From: Macrostomum lignano
Taxonomy: Eukaryota
Direction: 5' to 3'
Assembly (NCBI GenBank): GCA_002269645.1
Contig: NIVC01001270.1
Location: 1-64,000 of the forward strand
DNA: 64,000 bases
Shown piece by piece: positions 24,748 to 37,422 of this stretch. The translations under genes and the position numbers were made by a program. Each line of letters begins with the position of its first letter. Position 1 is the first letter of the stretch. Under the pieces are notes generated by a model, which saw only the letters and a program-made list of their open reading frames with translations, did no database searches and was not told the origin of the DNA.

Positions 24748-27700
24748 TTAAGACAGCTGCAGCAGCACCGATTTGGCAAAGGCGGCAGCCTGCATGCTGG
24801 CGTACGGCTGCCACACGTTTCCCTTCTGACCGTCGTGATAGTCGGAGCAGGCGCGCACAATTAGAAACGAGTTGCACCGGTTGCCAAGGATACTCTCTAG
24901 CACCTGGTCGAACTCGGTGTCGTAGCCAAGCAGGCCGCGCTCGTCGGCGAATGCGGTGCGCAGGTAGGTGTCCGACACCACCGGCTTGCCGCAGCCGAGC
25001 GGCCCGAGGCGCACCATCGGCCAGTTGCCGGCGCGGTCGATGCTCGGCGGGGCGATCTCGATGATCTGCCCGTCGCCCAGCTGCATTTGCACCTTGTCCT
25101 CGACGCCTTCCGGCCGGGCAAAGTCGGACAGCTGGCTGACCACCTCGGCAAAGAGCTGGTTCCACGGCGCCTGCGGGGTGCGGGTCGGCCGCTGATGCAG
25201 TGGGGTGCCTGGATCTAGGACACGGTAATCTCAACTGGACCCTGGATCCTTGAGATGATTTTAATCTCAACCGATCCCTGGATCCTTGAGATGATTTTGA
25301 TTTCAACCGATCCCTGGATCCTTGGGACGATTCTGATCTCAACCGATCCCTGGATCCTTGGGATGATTCTGATCTCAACCGATCCCTGGATCCTTGAGAT
25401 GATTCTGATCTCAACCGATCCCTGGATCCTTGAGATTACTCAATTCAACTCACCCTTGACAGCCCAATTCGAGGTGGTTCCCAGATGCATCCCGATGAAA
25501 ATGGTACCTAGGCCAAGAAGCATCCCAGAGTCGCTTCTGAGTCGTTCCAGGTAACGGGTAAAATGAAAGCGACAATAAAGTCGTATCTATCAATCTATGA
25601 CGACCTTAAGACGAAAAGATGTCACGGTACAAGTCGCCCAAAAGTCGTTAACGAGTCAATTTGAGGCGTTTTATTGTCTGTGACTCTAAAACGACTCTGG
25701 GGTGTTTCTATAACGACTCTGGGACCGTAGAGTCGTATCTGAGGCGTGCTAGAGGCGTTTTTAACGGACATGACAATCCCAACTCCAAGTGGTTCTCAGA
25801 CGCAAGACGCAAAGCGCACTTACATTCTCAAAGCTGGGCCCGTACTCATTAACCAGACTGGCAGCTTTGCGCATGAGGCTGGGATCCGGGATGGTCCAGT
25901 TCTTCAGGCTGAAGCTGAACTGCCCGGAGTCGTCCTCGTCGACATTGTCGCAGTAGATGTAGGCGCTGTCCTGCTCGCGGCTGGGCGATGCGATAATGAT
26001 GTCGCCAAGGCGGCTGCTCTTGGCCAGGTCGCCCAGGTTGCACACCGAGCCGCAGACGCCAACTAGCAGCACGTGCTCAATGTCCTGCACAGGTGATCAA
26101 TCAATCAGATGCTCAATCAAAGGCGGGGTGTCCGAGACTAGGAGACACTAAGAGGTGCCAAGAGGAGACACTGTCGGGGTGTCCACCAATTTGGGACAGA
26201 GACACTGTCGGGGTGTCCACCGATTTGGGACAGAGACACTGTCGGGGTGTCCACCAATTTGGGACAGAGACACTGTTGGGTGTCCACCAATTTGGGACAG
26301 AGACACTGTCGGAGTGTCCACCAATTTGGGCGGGGTGTCCATCAATCTGGGATAGAGATACTGTGGGTGTCCATCAATTTGGGACAGAGACACTGTGGGG
26401 TGTCCACCGATCTTGTGTAGACACATTGTCAGCTTGCCCAAAACGATGCGAAATTTAGCTAATAAAGAATGTAAAAATCGCAGTTTCTAAGAACTTGCCT
26501 GAAACGTGCCCAACAATCGAGTCGTCGTATTGCCGCTAGCAATCTTGGCCCGCCTGTCACGCCCAACCGCCGGCAGTTTAGTGCTGACGCACTTGTGCGG
26601 ACCAATAAACCCGATAGTGTAGACGTGCGAATCGCCGCCTTTAGTCTCGTAGCGAACGTAGGTGGTCTTATCCTGCATCATAGCGTCCACCGCTCGTTTC
26701 TCGCACATCAGATTAGTGATAATGGCCACGGTCGGCTTGTCCTTCATCTTAGTGATGACGTCCATGTTGCCCTCGGCCATGACTTCCACTTTGCCCATGC
26801 CCAGATCGGCGTTCTCCTCGTCCTGGGCAACCCGGAGTACGTAGGCAAACTTGCCCTTGTGCTTACCCTCCATGGCCATGCGGTGGATGCTCTCCTCCGA
26901 CAGCATCTGGTCAAGGATGCGCACGATCAGCTTCTCGTCCTGGCGAATCACCCTGAGCGCAATTGTTTTGAGAGTTGTGATGCAGCGAGGGAATAGCCAA
27001 TATGGTATTTGTAGAGGTATATAAAATATACAGTAAATTCCAATTCTTTGCATACAGAGGACCTATATGTCATTACCTGTCAACTTTACTTACTATGCAT
27101 TTGTCATCTATACTTACTTACAGGACATGTTTGATAGCACAATATTCAAATTATGTAATTGGTCTATAATTATCCAAAAATGCATCTGACACAATTGCTG
27201 TTAAAATAGGGGATGCTAGATTAGAGATGCTTACTTGGACAGCTCCTCAGTAGTGAGCACATTGGGATAGGCTTCCTCAATGGTGCGCATCAGCTGTTCC
27301 TGCACTCGAACCTCCAGTGGCCTGTCGTCTCGCTCTGGACAGGTAATTTAAATGGGAAAATGTAATAACTTTGCTGTTGGTTACTAGTGTAAAGCAAACG
27401 GAACAATCATGTGAAAGTTTTCAGCTAAGATATTTCACTATGTGGATATAACACAGCTAATCTCTGACACTGCTCTGAATCATTTGAAGTTACTCTGTAT
27501 CATATCTGACACGAATTATTATCCCATCTGTCAAGTATTTAATTATATCCGAGACTGTTCTGGATAACATCTGAACTTGCTGTGTATCAACACCTGACAC
27601 TACTCTGTATCACACCTGACACTGTTCTGTATCACACCTGACACTGTTCTGTATCACACCTGACACTGTTCTGTATCATATCTGACACTGTTCTGTATCA

Positions 27701-30700
27701 CAGCTGACACTGTTCTGAATCACACCTGACACTGTTCTGAATCACATCTGACACTGTTCTGAATCACATCTGACACTTCTGTATCACTTCTGACACTATT
27801 CTGTATCACTTCTGACACTATTCTGTATCACTTCTGACACTATTCTGTATCACTTGACACTGTTCTGAATCACATCTGACACTTCTGTATCACTTCTGAC
27901 ACTATTCTGTATCACTTGACACTGTTCTAAATCACATCTGACACTGTTCTGAATCACATCTAACTACTTTGTAACTTCTATATGACTGCTCATTATCATT
28001 ATGTCTGACACTGCCCATTTTTCTAGTCTGACACCGTATAATATAAAAAAAAGTCAAAAAACACCTGCGTACTAAAAATTATTAACAAAACACAAATATT
28101 ACTAAAAACAAAATACATGGATACGATGGATCATGATATACATAAAATAACAAAGACATCAACTACAACCCTAATTGATAAGGAATTTTACTCACAGCAA
28201 CTACAAGAAGTGCAAATGCAAATCTACAAAACAGCTCAAAGCCTATAAAGCTGGGAAACTATAATAAAAGACAGGTGCAGCCTTCGCAAAGCGCAACAAC
28301 TTCAAATAAGCGACAACGAAAGTAGGAGTAAAATACCTGACAATAGCTATTTCTATCTGACACTGCTCAATATCCCATCTGAGACTGCTCAATATCGCAT
28401 CTGACACTGCTCAATATCACACCTGACACTGTCCAACATCAAATCTGACACTGCTCAATATCGTATCTGACACTGCTCAATATCCCATCTGACACTGCCC
28501 AACATCAAATCTGACACTGCTTTTTTTTCTCAGAAACCTGAGAAAAAGCATCAACACGGGAAAAAGGAACAAAATAATCCAATGCAAAGAAGAAAGCCAT
28601 CCGCAACATGCCTACGAGTAGAAACTAAAAGGACAAATAAAAACAAAAAATACCAGACAAGGTAACTAACTTTGCAAAAAAAGTTTTCTTACCAAAGTTT
28701 GGCATGTCTAAAAATAGATTGAAGGAATGATTTTATAGACATTATTGGAAGGATTTTTATAGACAAGATGCCAATTTTATTGGGTTAATAGCATGACTAT
28801 ACCAATATTACAAGTACAGCTTAGTTCTAAACAACTCTGACAGCTTTTCATTTTATCTTTATAATTTTATCTTATATCTGTTTAGATTTTTAGTTTTATT
28901 AGGAGACTTGAACAGAAAGTAATATACCAAAATCTGCCGATTTTGTTTGGCTAATCGACAAGTACAAGACTTGCTACTCAACGAGTAGACAGTAGTGAAA
29001 AATAACGATAAAAATTAGCAAATCGATAGAACTTACCCTCCATGCCTTCGAACACTGCCTCGTTCTTGTCCAACGGGATCACGTCCAGATGGATGCGAGA
29101 AATGTTATTGTACTTATCCAGCAGCATCAGCCGCATCACTCGTTTAATAAATGTGGCATAATCCTTGGGCACGTGACCCGGCGTGATGAGATCGTTGAAG
29201 AACATGAATGACGTCTGCACTAGAAAGCTGGTCACCTTCTTCTGCGCGGACGGGACGAACCAGAAGTGCAGCTTTCGGTTCTCCTGCAGGTAGATGAAGA
29301 CAAAACACGGGTTAAATTTTTGTAATTTTATTTTAACTTGTAGGAAGGTGCTGTTGGCACTTTATCTGATTTTATCACAACTTACTGCTCGAACATCATT
29401 AGAGTCCTGGTTGACTACAAAGCATTTGTAGGTGATCTCGGACTCCGAATCAGCCAACGGTGTGTAGGCGCCCTCTGCGGATTATTTAAAATAGGGAGAT
29501 TTTTTGAGGGAAATCCGTTCGGTTGCTGGGTAACTTGCGGCGCAAGTGTACCCAAGTTAAAGCTACGAGAATATACTACTGAGACTACAGACACTATCAA
29601 GGGGTAGCCAGCTTCAAACAGGCTGTTAAAACTTTCCGTCACCCTTGCCAGGCAAAGCACCCCCATGGCGAGCTAATTGTAGCTTACTTACAGGTGAGAA
29701 ATAGTCGATTTTTCCTGCCAAACCTGATGCAATTCTAGGCAAAATCACGACTTTAAAAGTATTTATTCTTTGGGCAAGAAGTGCAAAGCCCTGTTTAATG
29801 CGCAGCGCTAATGCTAAAAGCGCAGTAAAAATTTCCTACTTTTTCTTGACGAGAAAATCCGAACTTATTATACTGCGTGGATGCCAGAGAAACAAAAATC
29901 ATAAACGGGATTTGTCACCCGGGGTCGAAATGTCGCCCAAGGCTTCTAAAGTTCAGTAAATATCGATAGAAACAGTTTCTATGCGGAATAAGTATAATTA
30001 ATCCAGTAAGCAATAAAATCCTGTCAGGTGCAATCCGATTACAACTAATACAGGAAATCGAAGCCATCAAATAGAGTTTACAGAGGCACAGCCCAACAGA
30101 GAGAAATATCCCCAGACTTGCTTCTGTTGTGATCGCTCTGGAATAAACTGGATAGATAGGCAAGGTAGTGATTCATATTTTCGCCTTAGCCACTTCCCCG
30201 TCTGTACCACGAATCGATAGGGAGGGATGCATCCATATCTTAGAAGGCACGCGCACAACCCGGCTAAGATAGATGTGTAAACAAAACACACAGAGATAGA
30301 GGCCTTCTACACAATGTAGTGAATGACGAATTCAGAATTTGCCTGCAAATGGACCAAGTGGATAGCGGATCTGAATGAGGTTCGTTTTTAGACAAAAAAT
30401 CACATAAACACTGAGTCACCCTCTGCTGTTCCGTGACTCTCAGCAGACTGTCGCTGACCCCCCTGTGATTCTGCAGCAGACTGCCACTGAACCTCTGTGA
30501 TTCTGCAGCAGGACTGCCGCTGACCCCCCTGTGATTCTGCAGCGGGACTGCCGCTGACCCCTCTGTGATTCTGCAGCGGGACTGCCGCTGACCCCTCTGT
30601 GATTCTGCAGCAGACTGCCGCTGACCCCTCTGTGATTCTGCAGCGGGACTGCCGCTGACCCCTCTGTGATTCTGCAGCGGGACTGCCGCTGACCCCTCTG

Positions 30701-31677
30701 TGATTCTGCAGCGGGACTGCCGCTGACCCCTCTGTGATTCTGCAGCGGGACTGCCGCTGACCCCTCTGTGATTCTGCAGCGGGACTGCCGCTGACCCCTC
30801 TGTGATTCTGCAGCGGGACTGCCGCTGACCCCTCTGTGATTCTGCAGCGGGACTGCCGCTGACCCCTCTGTGATTCTGCAGCGGGACTGCCGCTGACCCC
30901 TCTGTGATTCTGCAGCGGGACTGCCGCTTTGACCCCTCTGTGATTCTGCAGCGGGACTGCCGCTTTGACCCCTCTGTGATTCTGCAGCGGGACTGCCGCT
31001 GACCCCTCTGTGATTCTGCAGCGGGACTGCCGCTGACCCCTCTGTGATTCTGCAGCGGGACTGCCGCTGACCCCTCTGTGATTCTGCAGCGGGACTGCCG
31101 CTGACCCCTCTGTGATTCTGCAGCGGGACTGCCGCTGACCCCCCTGTGATTCTGCAGCAGACTGCAGTTTTGACCCCTCTGTGATTCTGCAGCGGGACTG
31201 CCGCTGACCCCTCTGTGATTCTGCAGCGGGACTGCCGCTGACCCCTCTGTGATTCTGCAGCGGGACTGCCGCTGACCCCTCTGTGATTCTGCAGCGGGAC
31301 TGCCGCTGACCCCCCTGTGATTCTGCAGCAGACTGCAGTTTTGACCCCTCTGTGATTCTGCAGCAGACTGCAGTTTTGACCCCTCTGTGATTCTGCAGCA
31401 GACTGCAGTTTTGACCCCTCTGTGATTCTGCAGCAGACTTGCCGTTTTGACCCCTCTGTGATTCTGCAGCAAACTGCCGTTTTGACCCCTCTAATTCTGA
31501 AGAAGACTTACTGTCATCAATAATCGCTTTATAGATTACAATGCCCTGGTTGACGCCAGTAGCCACATGGACAATCTGGTTTTGGTCGAGATTGTCGCTG
31601 GAGGTGCGCACACACTCCATAGTAGTCATTTGGCCTCGCCTGATTGGCGTCATCACAATCACCCAACTGGACTCCAT
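24748..31677 (-). CDS. Uncharacterised winged-helix plus nucleoside phosphorylase (PNP_UDP_1/MTAN-like) domain protein, about 567 aa
   Basis: Exons 31677-31512 (3' splice site before 31687), 29723-29692 (32-nt micro-exon), 29283-29037, 27334-27235, 26952-26499, 26084-25824 and 25191-24748 join in frame (1704 nt); intron 26498-26085 is GC-AG. PNP motifs: TNLMCEKRAV, LLVGVCG, RLGDIII, YDTE, IVRACSDYHDGQKGNVWQPYASMQAAAFAK. Additional upstream coding exons cannot be excluded. Confidence 0.85.
25230..25440. repeat. Intronic minisatellite, 36-bp unit x~6
   Basis: atctcaaccgatccctggatccttgagatgatt(t/c)tg. Confidence 0.9.
25490..25790 (+). mobile_element. Dispersed intronic repeat, MITE-like; inverted homologue at about 61900-62202
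   Basis: cccgatgaaaatggtacctaggccaagaagcatcccagagtcgc...agatgtcacgg.acaagt...ggcgtttta.tgtctg.gactct matches the reverse complement of D2HGDH intron 1. Confidence 0.7.
26150..26420. repeat. Intronic minisatellite, 33-34-bp unit x~7
   Basis: gtccaccaatttgggacagagacactgtcggggt. Confidence 0.9.
27570..28520. repeat. Two related 22-bp minisatellite blocks (27570-27965 and 28355-28520)
   Basis: Units tctgacactgttctgtatcaca and tctgacactgctcaatatccca share TCTGACACTG. Confidence 0.85.
30420..31490. repeat. Intronic minisatellite, 33-bp unit x~32
   Basis: cccctctgtgattctgcagcgggactgccgctga; produces the spurious ORFs 30264-31472 and 30400-31677. Confidence 0.95.
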
Positions 31678-32724
31678 GCTTTCAGAGCTGCAAAGAAAGA
31701 CTGTGCCTGTTTGCTACGGGCATTTTTGAACTACATACTTAAAGTTGTTAAAACAGTTGCAAATCTAGTTAGATGCACAACAAAGACTTCAATTTTGCAT
31801 TTCAATAAAAGTACACAGGGTTCCTTTGATCTAGATACAAAACGTAGCATAGCATGAAATGGAAAAATTATTAAAAAAATAAAATAAAATTTTTATTTGC
31901 CTAGTACCAGTAGAGCTAGAATCTAAACATAATATACACAAGAATGGCAATATTCACAGTTACATAGCCCCTACTATAGTTAGTAAAAATATAATTTAGG
32001 TTAAACATTTAACACTATGTTGTAATTTATAAATAAAATTTTTATAATACTATTTTACTAACATTTTATTAACATTTAAATAAAATTGTATTGAAAATAC
32101 TAAAACTGTTCTATTACAAATGAATTTATTAATACATTTAGTACATATTTCTATAAAAGCTATACCAATAAAATACACATAATTTCATTGTTAAAGAGTC
32201 AAAGAATTGGGCATAATAAGACATTAAATAAAAATTTATTTTTAAATATTTCTAATTCAAGCCAACCAACAATGTTTAAGAAGATTAAGATATATTTATA
32301 ATCATGGCATTGTAATTTTTTAGGCTATAGCCCCTTATTGTCACCAAGGTCTAAATCATACCAGACATCCCCTTTCCTATGCCTAACTATACTAGACTAT
32401 GCCTACACTATTAAAGGCCAATCTATATTAGACTCTATCCATGATAATGGCCATTGGCTGCAATAAGCCTTATATAGCCTAATATATAAAATAAAAATAC
32501 AAAAAATTATATGCATAGTAAGCTGTAAAATTCTATTCTAGATATTAAAAGAGTTTTATTATACAAATAATAATTAAAGGTTTAGAAAGCAAAGATGAAT
32601 ATCTATGTATTATTTTACTTATAAGTTGAGTCTTTAATCATTACTAGGCCCTTTTAAATCTAACTATAATCAGGAAAGTAGCATAGCATATGCTAGAACA
32701 TTTTTAAAGATAATCAATATATCA

Positions 32725-32800
32725 TCCTATATACTAAAAATGAAGATCTTGTTTGCTTGTGTAGGAGTGTAGAAGTGGTTAATAGTTTTTAAGAATGTAA
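32725..32800 (+). mobile_element. Helitron-like 5' end (degenerate)
   Basis: A|TCCTATATACTAAAAATGAA, nearly identical to the 5' end at 45281. The 3' end was not located. Confidence 0.5.
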
Positions 32801-33479
32801 CAATTTGAATCTGCGCTAATAATTTTACTTTACAAAATATTCTATCTATTCTCAATATTTTATGTTTCTTAAAAATACACATGTTTGGATAATATAAATA
32901 GGAGCAGGCTGAGAGGCAACTTGTATAACTTGTGTTTTCACTAGTTCAATAGCTATAAGCTCAAAATGTGCTCAATTCTCAGACCATTGCTTATTTATTC
33001 TAAGAAGTATTGTGAGGAAGCTTGGGAGTTGGGAATCAGGAATTCATGCAAAGAGAATACTAAGAGTAATTGCTGTGACAGTGTGACCCTCTAATCTTGG
33101 TAATGCCCAGACTGGAGAATAATACATCTAACTACCAGTAAGACTGCTCAGGCCATATTATAGTACTAAGAATACTACCAGAATGCTACCAGAACACTAC
33201 TAGAATTAGGAATTAGAAATTAAGAAATAATGTTTAACATTATTTAAGGATATTGTTAAGAAAAAAGTCAGCCTGTAATAATTTGATAGCATTTAGTGAG
33301 ATAGTTCAGAGGACAGAAGTAAGCCCTACAACACTTGTTTATGTACAATCAATTATATCCTAAATGGCTTAATTGATTTTCATAAGACCTGCATCATTCA
33401 ATTAGAATTTTTTATATATTATATATGCACTATTTCTATATAATATCAAATATTTCTAGTAAAACCAAAAAACTATAGC

Positions 33480-33960
33480 ATATAAATAATAATGACAGAA
33501 TACGCAGTACAACTTAGCATGGATCATGTGGCCTGCCAGCTGGAGTCGCCAATGGTGCAATAGGTTGCTTAGATAGACTAGGGGGCCTAGGCCAGTGAGG
33601 CAATACAAAGCTATGTTGGTCACTTGCTTATAGCCAATATTGAAGATGGCCTGCATATAGCAAGCCAGCATATACCATATTATCAACTAATTACTCAAGC
33701 GACTCCTTTAGCATCAAGGTCTCAACATTATATATTAGGCCTAGGATAGTCTTAATCATTGCCTAGAACAATGCTGCCTTCTGGTAGTCAAGTAAGACCT
33801 TAGACTGCAGGACTGCCCTCAGGGCTCATAGAACAAAAAGCAGCCTAGGCAAGCCTGCAACAATACTGCAAATCTTTGAGGATGCTAGGAACCAAACTAT
33901 TAAGGTAGACAAACTACTAAGCTAATAATATAAAAGCTCTGTCAACTGTCTATCAACACT
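33480..33960 (-). mobile_element. RTE-like non-LTR retrotransposon RT C-terminal remnant, heavily C-to-T mutated
   Basis: YLNS.V.S..KD...C.RLA*AAF (from YLGS...D...R.GLAW.AF), then NI....VTN..LY..TGL.P.....HHWRLQLAGHMIHA. Confidence 0.7.
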
Positions 33961-35187
33961 TATTAGACTAAGCCCTTAGTTTGAAACATATTAGCAATAT
34001 AATAAATCTAAAATCTCTTAGCCCCCTAATAGTATACTATTAATATAAATTTAAATGTTACAAAAATTCAAAAACTATTTTAATAAAAGCATAGGGGCCT
34101 ACATTATCTAATATATATAGGCCCTTACTTTTTAAAATGTTAGTTTAAGTTTATAATAGGCCTATACAATTTGTTTAAAAAACTATTAAATTTATATAGG
34201 GGGCCTACTTAATATGATTTTTATTGTTTCTAAAAACAATAAGAGCATGGTATAGGCGTAGCCTCTTTTAGGCCTAGAAGTGTACATCTGCTATGTGCAC
34301 CCTATTGCGTTTACATCCTGCATGCATGCAAACTTCCATAGGTTTATTGCATAGCTATGGCATACATAGGAATGAATGCTTAAAAAAGTGGGGGACCATG
34401 GTCAATTGCCCCCCCCCATTCCTACATATATGATTTTTTATATCAGGAGTAAGAAGTTCAAAAAAGTTTTTTGTCTAATAAAAATGGGGGCCAGATGACT
34501 TTGCTGCCCCCCACTCTCGAAAAGTGGGGGGGGGCATGGCCCCACGGGCCCCTGTTCCTACTCCTATGCCAACTTCCTGTCAGTGTCATTGGCATAGAAA
34601 TTTCAAACTTTCGAACTTTCAAATTTAAACGAAAAATAATTTCGCGAACAAAACTGCACTACTATTGCCGCATATTCATATATACGGTAATATACCAAGT
34701 AAGCTGTATGAATAAAGCATAAGACTTCTAAAAAACCTTGTGATTTGTGAATTTAGTTAGGCCTAGGTAGAACTTTTAAATAGATTATCTGACTCTGCTG
34801 GTTGAAAAGAAATACTTAAACTAAATAAAAGGAGAAACTTCATTCATGATATACAAAAAATGTTATTATAATATAATTTCTTTTCACAACGTTTAAAATC
34901 GTGCGTTTAACATTATCACATCAAAGTAATAATCGTAGCGATACCGAAAAAGACAAAAAATAAATTAGCTAATATGCTAGGGTTAAATAAATTTTTAATA
35001 CTTTCTATAGATTAATAGGCGTCGACTGATGTCGGTGTCCGCAAAATATGAGAAGCTGAAGATGTGTTGAATACTGAAAAATATTTTTTAAACTCTTTAA
35101 CGGCCAGTAAATAAACGACTATTTTTTGTCAAAACAGAATTATAAACTACTCTGGTTTGCTCTCTTATTCCTTATGAACCTGAAGCG

Positions 35188-35341
35188 CAGTAGTAGCGCA
35201 ACCATGAAATTTGTTTTAGGGGACGGATTCTAGAAGGGCGAAGGGGGGTGGCTCTGTTTTTGGCAAAAATTCGCTTGCTCCCCTTGGATTTTTAAAGTCT
35301 CTGCCTAAGGGGGGACGCCGCCCCCTCTGGTTGCGCCACTG
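35188..35341. mobile_element. hAT-type MITE (154 bp)
   Basis: Termini CAGTAG(TAG)CGCAACC / GGTTGCGCCACTG, flanked by CTGAAGCG / CTGAAACG (7/8 match, 8-bp TSD). Confidence 0.7.
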
Positions 35342-35559
35342 CTGAAACGCCTGCGCCTGCTGCGCGACATGTACATACATCACGGTTTAATTTCTACTTC
35401 TTGCAATACGTGCTGCAGCTTTTCCCTAATATTACCAACGAACGTCACGTTAAAAAATAAGACGATTGTAAGCCGTGCGTGGCATGATCGAAGCTAAGCT
35501 TGTTATGGACTCATTCATGATATCATGCATGTGTTTCTGAATATTTTAGCAAACGAATC

Positions 35560-36235
35560 TCTTAACAACAACAAAGTACGTAGTCCTCCAGTAAGTCAAT
35601 GGAAGGAGCGTCTGCAGATCGCTGCCGAAGCGCCAAACTTGCAGACGAAGTCCGGCCCATTGACGGTGTCGGGCGCCCCAGCGTCGCTCAGGATACAGTT
35701 CACGTATCTCTCTGGGTCCTCGCTTACTCGTAATTGAGACCAACGGAACGGTCCCGGCAAAGTTTGCACAGCTAGGACGTCCTTGACAGACTGGGGTCAG
35801 TAGCTCTAAGCCCGGATCACGTGGCCTGCCACATCTCTTAGAAAATGTAAAACCTTCCCGCCATACATGTAGTACATGCAAGTACTCATAGTACACAGTA
35901 CATATATTGCGTTAACAACAACAACAACAAACAACAAATTACGCAGCCTGGCAAGCACAGTCACAGAGCAGGGTGCGTCAGATGGCGCGCCGCAGAGCCT
36001 GAGAGCGGACGATGTTCGCCCTCTTGGCAGTGTCAGGCGCCCCGGCGTCGCGTAGGAGGCAGTCCACGTATCGACAGGTTTGGGCCTGACCCCGCCTGAG
36101 CGGGCCCCGCAGGGTGAGCAGCAGGACGTCCTGAACAGGTTGGGGGCAGTAGCCCTCGGCCCGGATCACGTGGCTCGCCAGTTGAAAAGTTGCGTTAGAA
36201 AAGTACTCGTAGGGCCTATCGTGCAAAAATGATAC
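35560..36235 (-). mobile_element. Two tandem 5'-truncated RTE-like LINE 3' ends with (TTG)n tails (about 35850-35560 and 36235-35914)
   Basis: QLASHVIRAEGYCPQPVQDVLLLTL.GP.RRGQ.....YVDCLLRDAG resembles the RTE C-terminus. Each copy ends in a GTT/TTG microsatellite on the minus strand. Confidence 0.7.
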
Positions 36236-37150
36236 TTCCGTAAACCTTTGAAAATTTGACATAATAGAAAAAATCACTGATTAAATTGAATAGCAGAGCA
36301 GAAAACGTTGCTTTTCACAGTCATATGTGCTTTAGTTTGCACTGCAATTCACAGTGTATTTGTTTTTTCTTCTTTAAAAAGCACGGCGACAACAATACTG
36401 TGTTGGGTTGCGAAAGCGCACAGTATCTGATTGTTACGTTATGTTGTAAATAAATGAAACTTGGAAAAGCGCATTGTTTCTGTACTTTGCACTTTCATGC
36501 AATAAATGGGCCAAAAAAGCCTCACAGCACAGTTAATCCAATCCAGTAATAAAACTACTAAATTAGAGCAGGTAAGAGCCATAAAAGAAGGATTCTGTAA
36601 TGTCGCAACTTAAACATTTCTGCTCTTGATTCAATCCAATAGCAATAATGGTTGAGCAGATAGACAACAATTAAAAACAATATAAAGTTTCGCAAACAAA
36701 GTTTGTAAACAATACGATTTCTGGTGCTGACAGTATAATTAATATTAATAGTATACAATAACAATGGTAAAAAATACAAAATTCACGAAACTTGTGTTGT
36801 GAACACTACTAGTAATTAATGACAAATAATGTTACAGCTGCATATATAAATTCATAAGTTATTATGAAGAGAATTCACAGGAAGCTAATTAGATTGTTGA
36901 TGTACGAGCTACATCATTCAACTCAAATGGTGAATTAGAAAAATGCACTATGCGAATTCCCTTGTTACTTGTGATTGTGAATTGCGGGCGGCTTGTAAAT
37001 TCTTAATACTCGTGAAGCAATGACTATAATCAATCTTGGGTCTCACAAAGTAAAAAAATGGTAAAAACTGACAGAATCGGTGTGTGGTGTGCATTGCAAA
37101 TGAACTTCATGTGAATGTCTGTTCAATATCAGATTCCTTTATCATTTGCT

Positions 37151-37422
37151 CAGATACTGCTGAGGCTGGCCAGCTCCCGCTTCACCCGGTCCTATTCAGA
37201 TACTGCTGAGGCTGGCCAGCTCCCGCTTCACCCGGTCCTATTCAGATACTGCTGAGGCTGGCCAGCTCCCGCTGCACCCGGTCCTATTCAGATACTGCTG
37301 AGGCTGGCCAGCTCCCGCTTCACCCGGTCCTATTCAGATACTGCTGAGGCTGGCCAGCTCCCGCTTCACCCGGTCCTATTCAGATACTGCTGAGGCTGGC
37401 CAGCTCCCGCTTCACCCGGTCC
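37151..37422 (-). repeat. 46-bp tandem repeat x6 made of the last 13 codons, stop codon and 4 nt of the SH3 gene
   Basis: Units start at 37151, 37197, 37243, 37289, 37335 and 37381. On the minus strand each reads GAC CGG GTG AAG CGG GAG CTG GCC AGC CTC AGC AGT ATC TGA ATAG. Confidence 0.95.

Noticed and set aside
30264-31677. Long ORFs of 402 and 425 aa
   Set aside because: They are read-through of a 33-bp intronic minisatellite. Only 31677-31512 is a real exon, ending at a GTAAGT donor.
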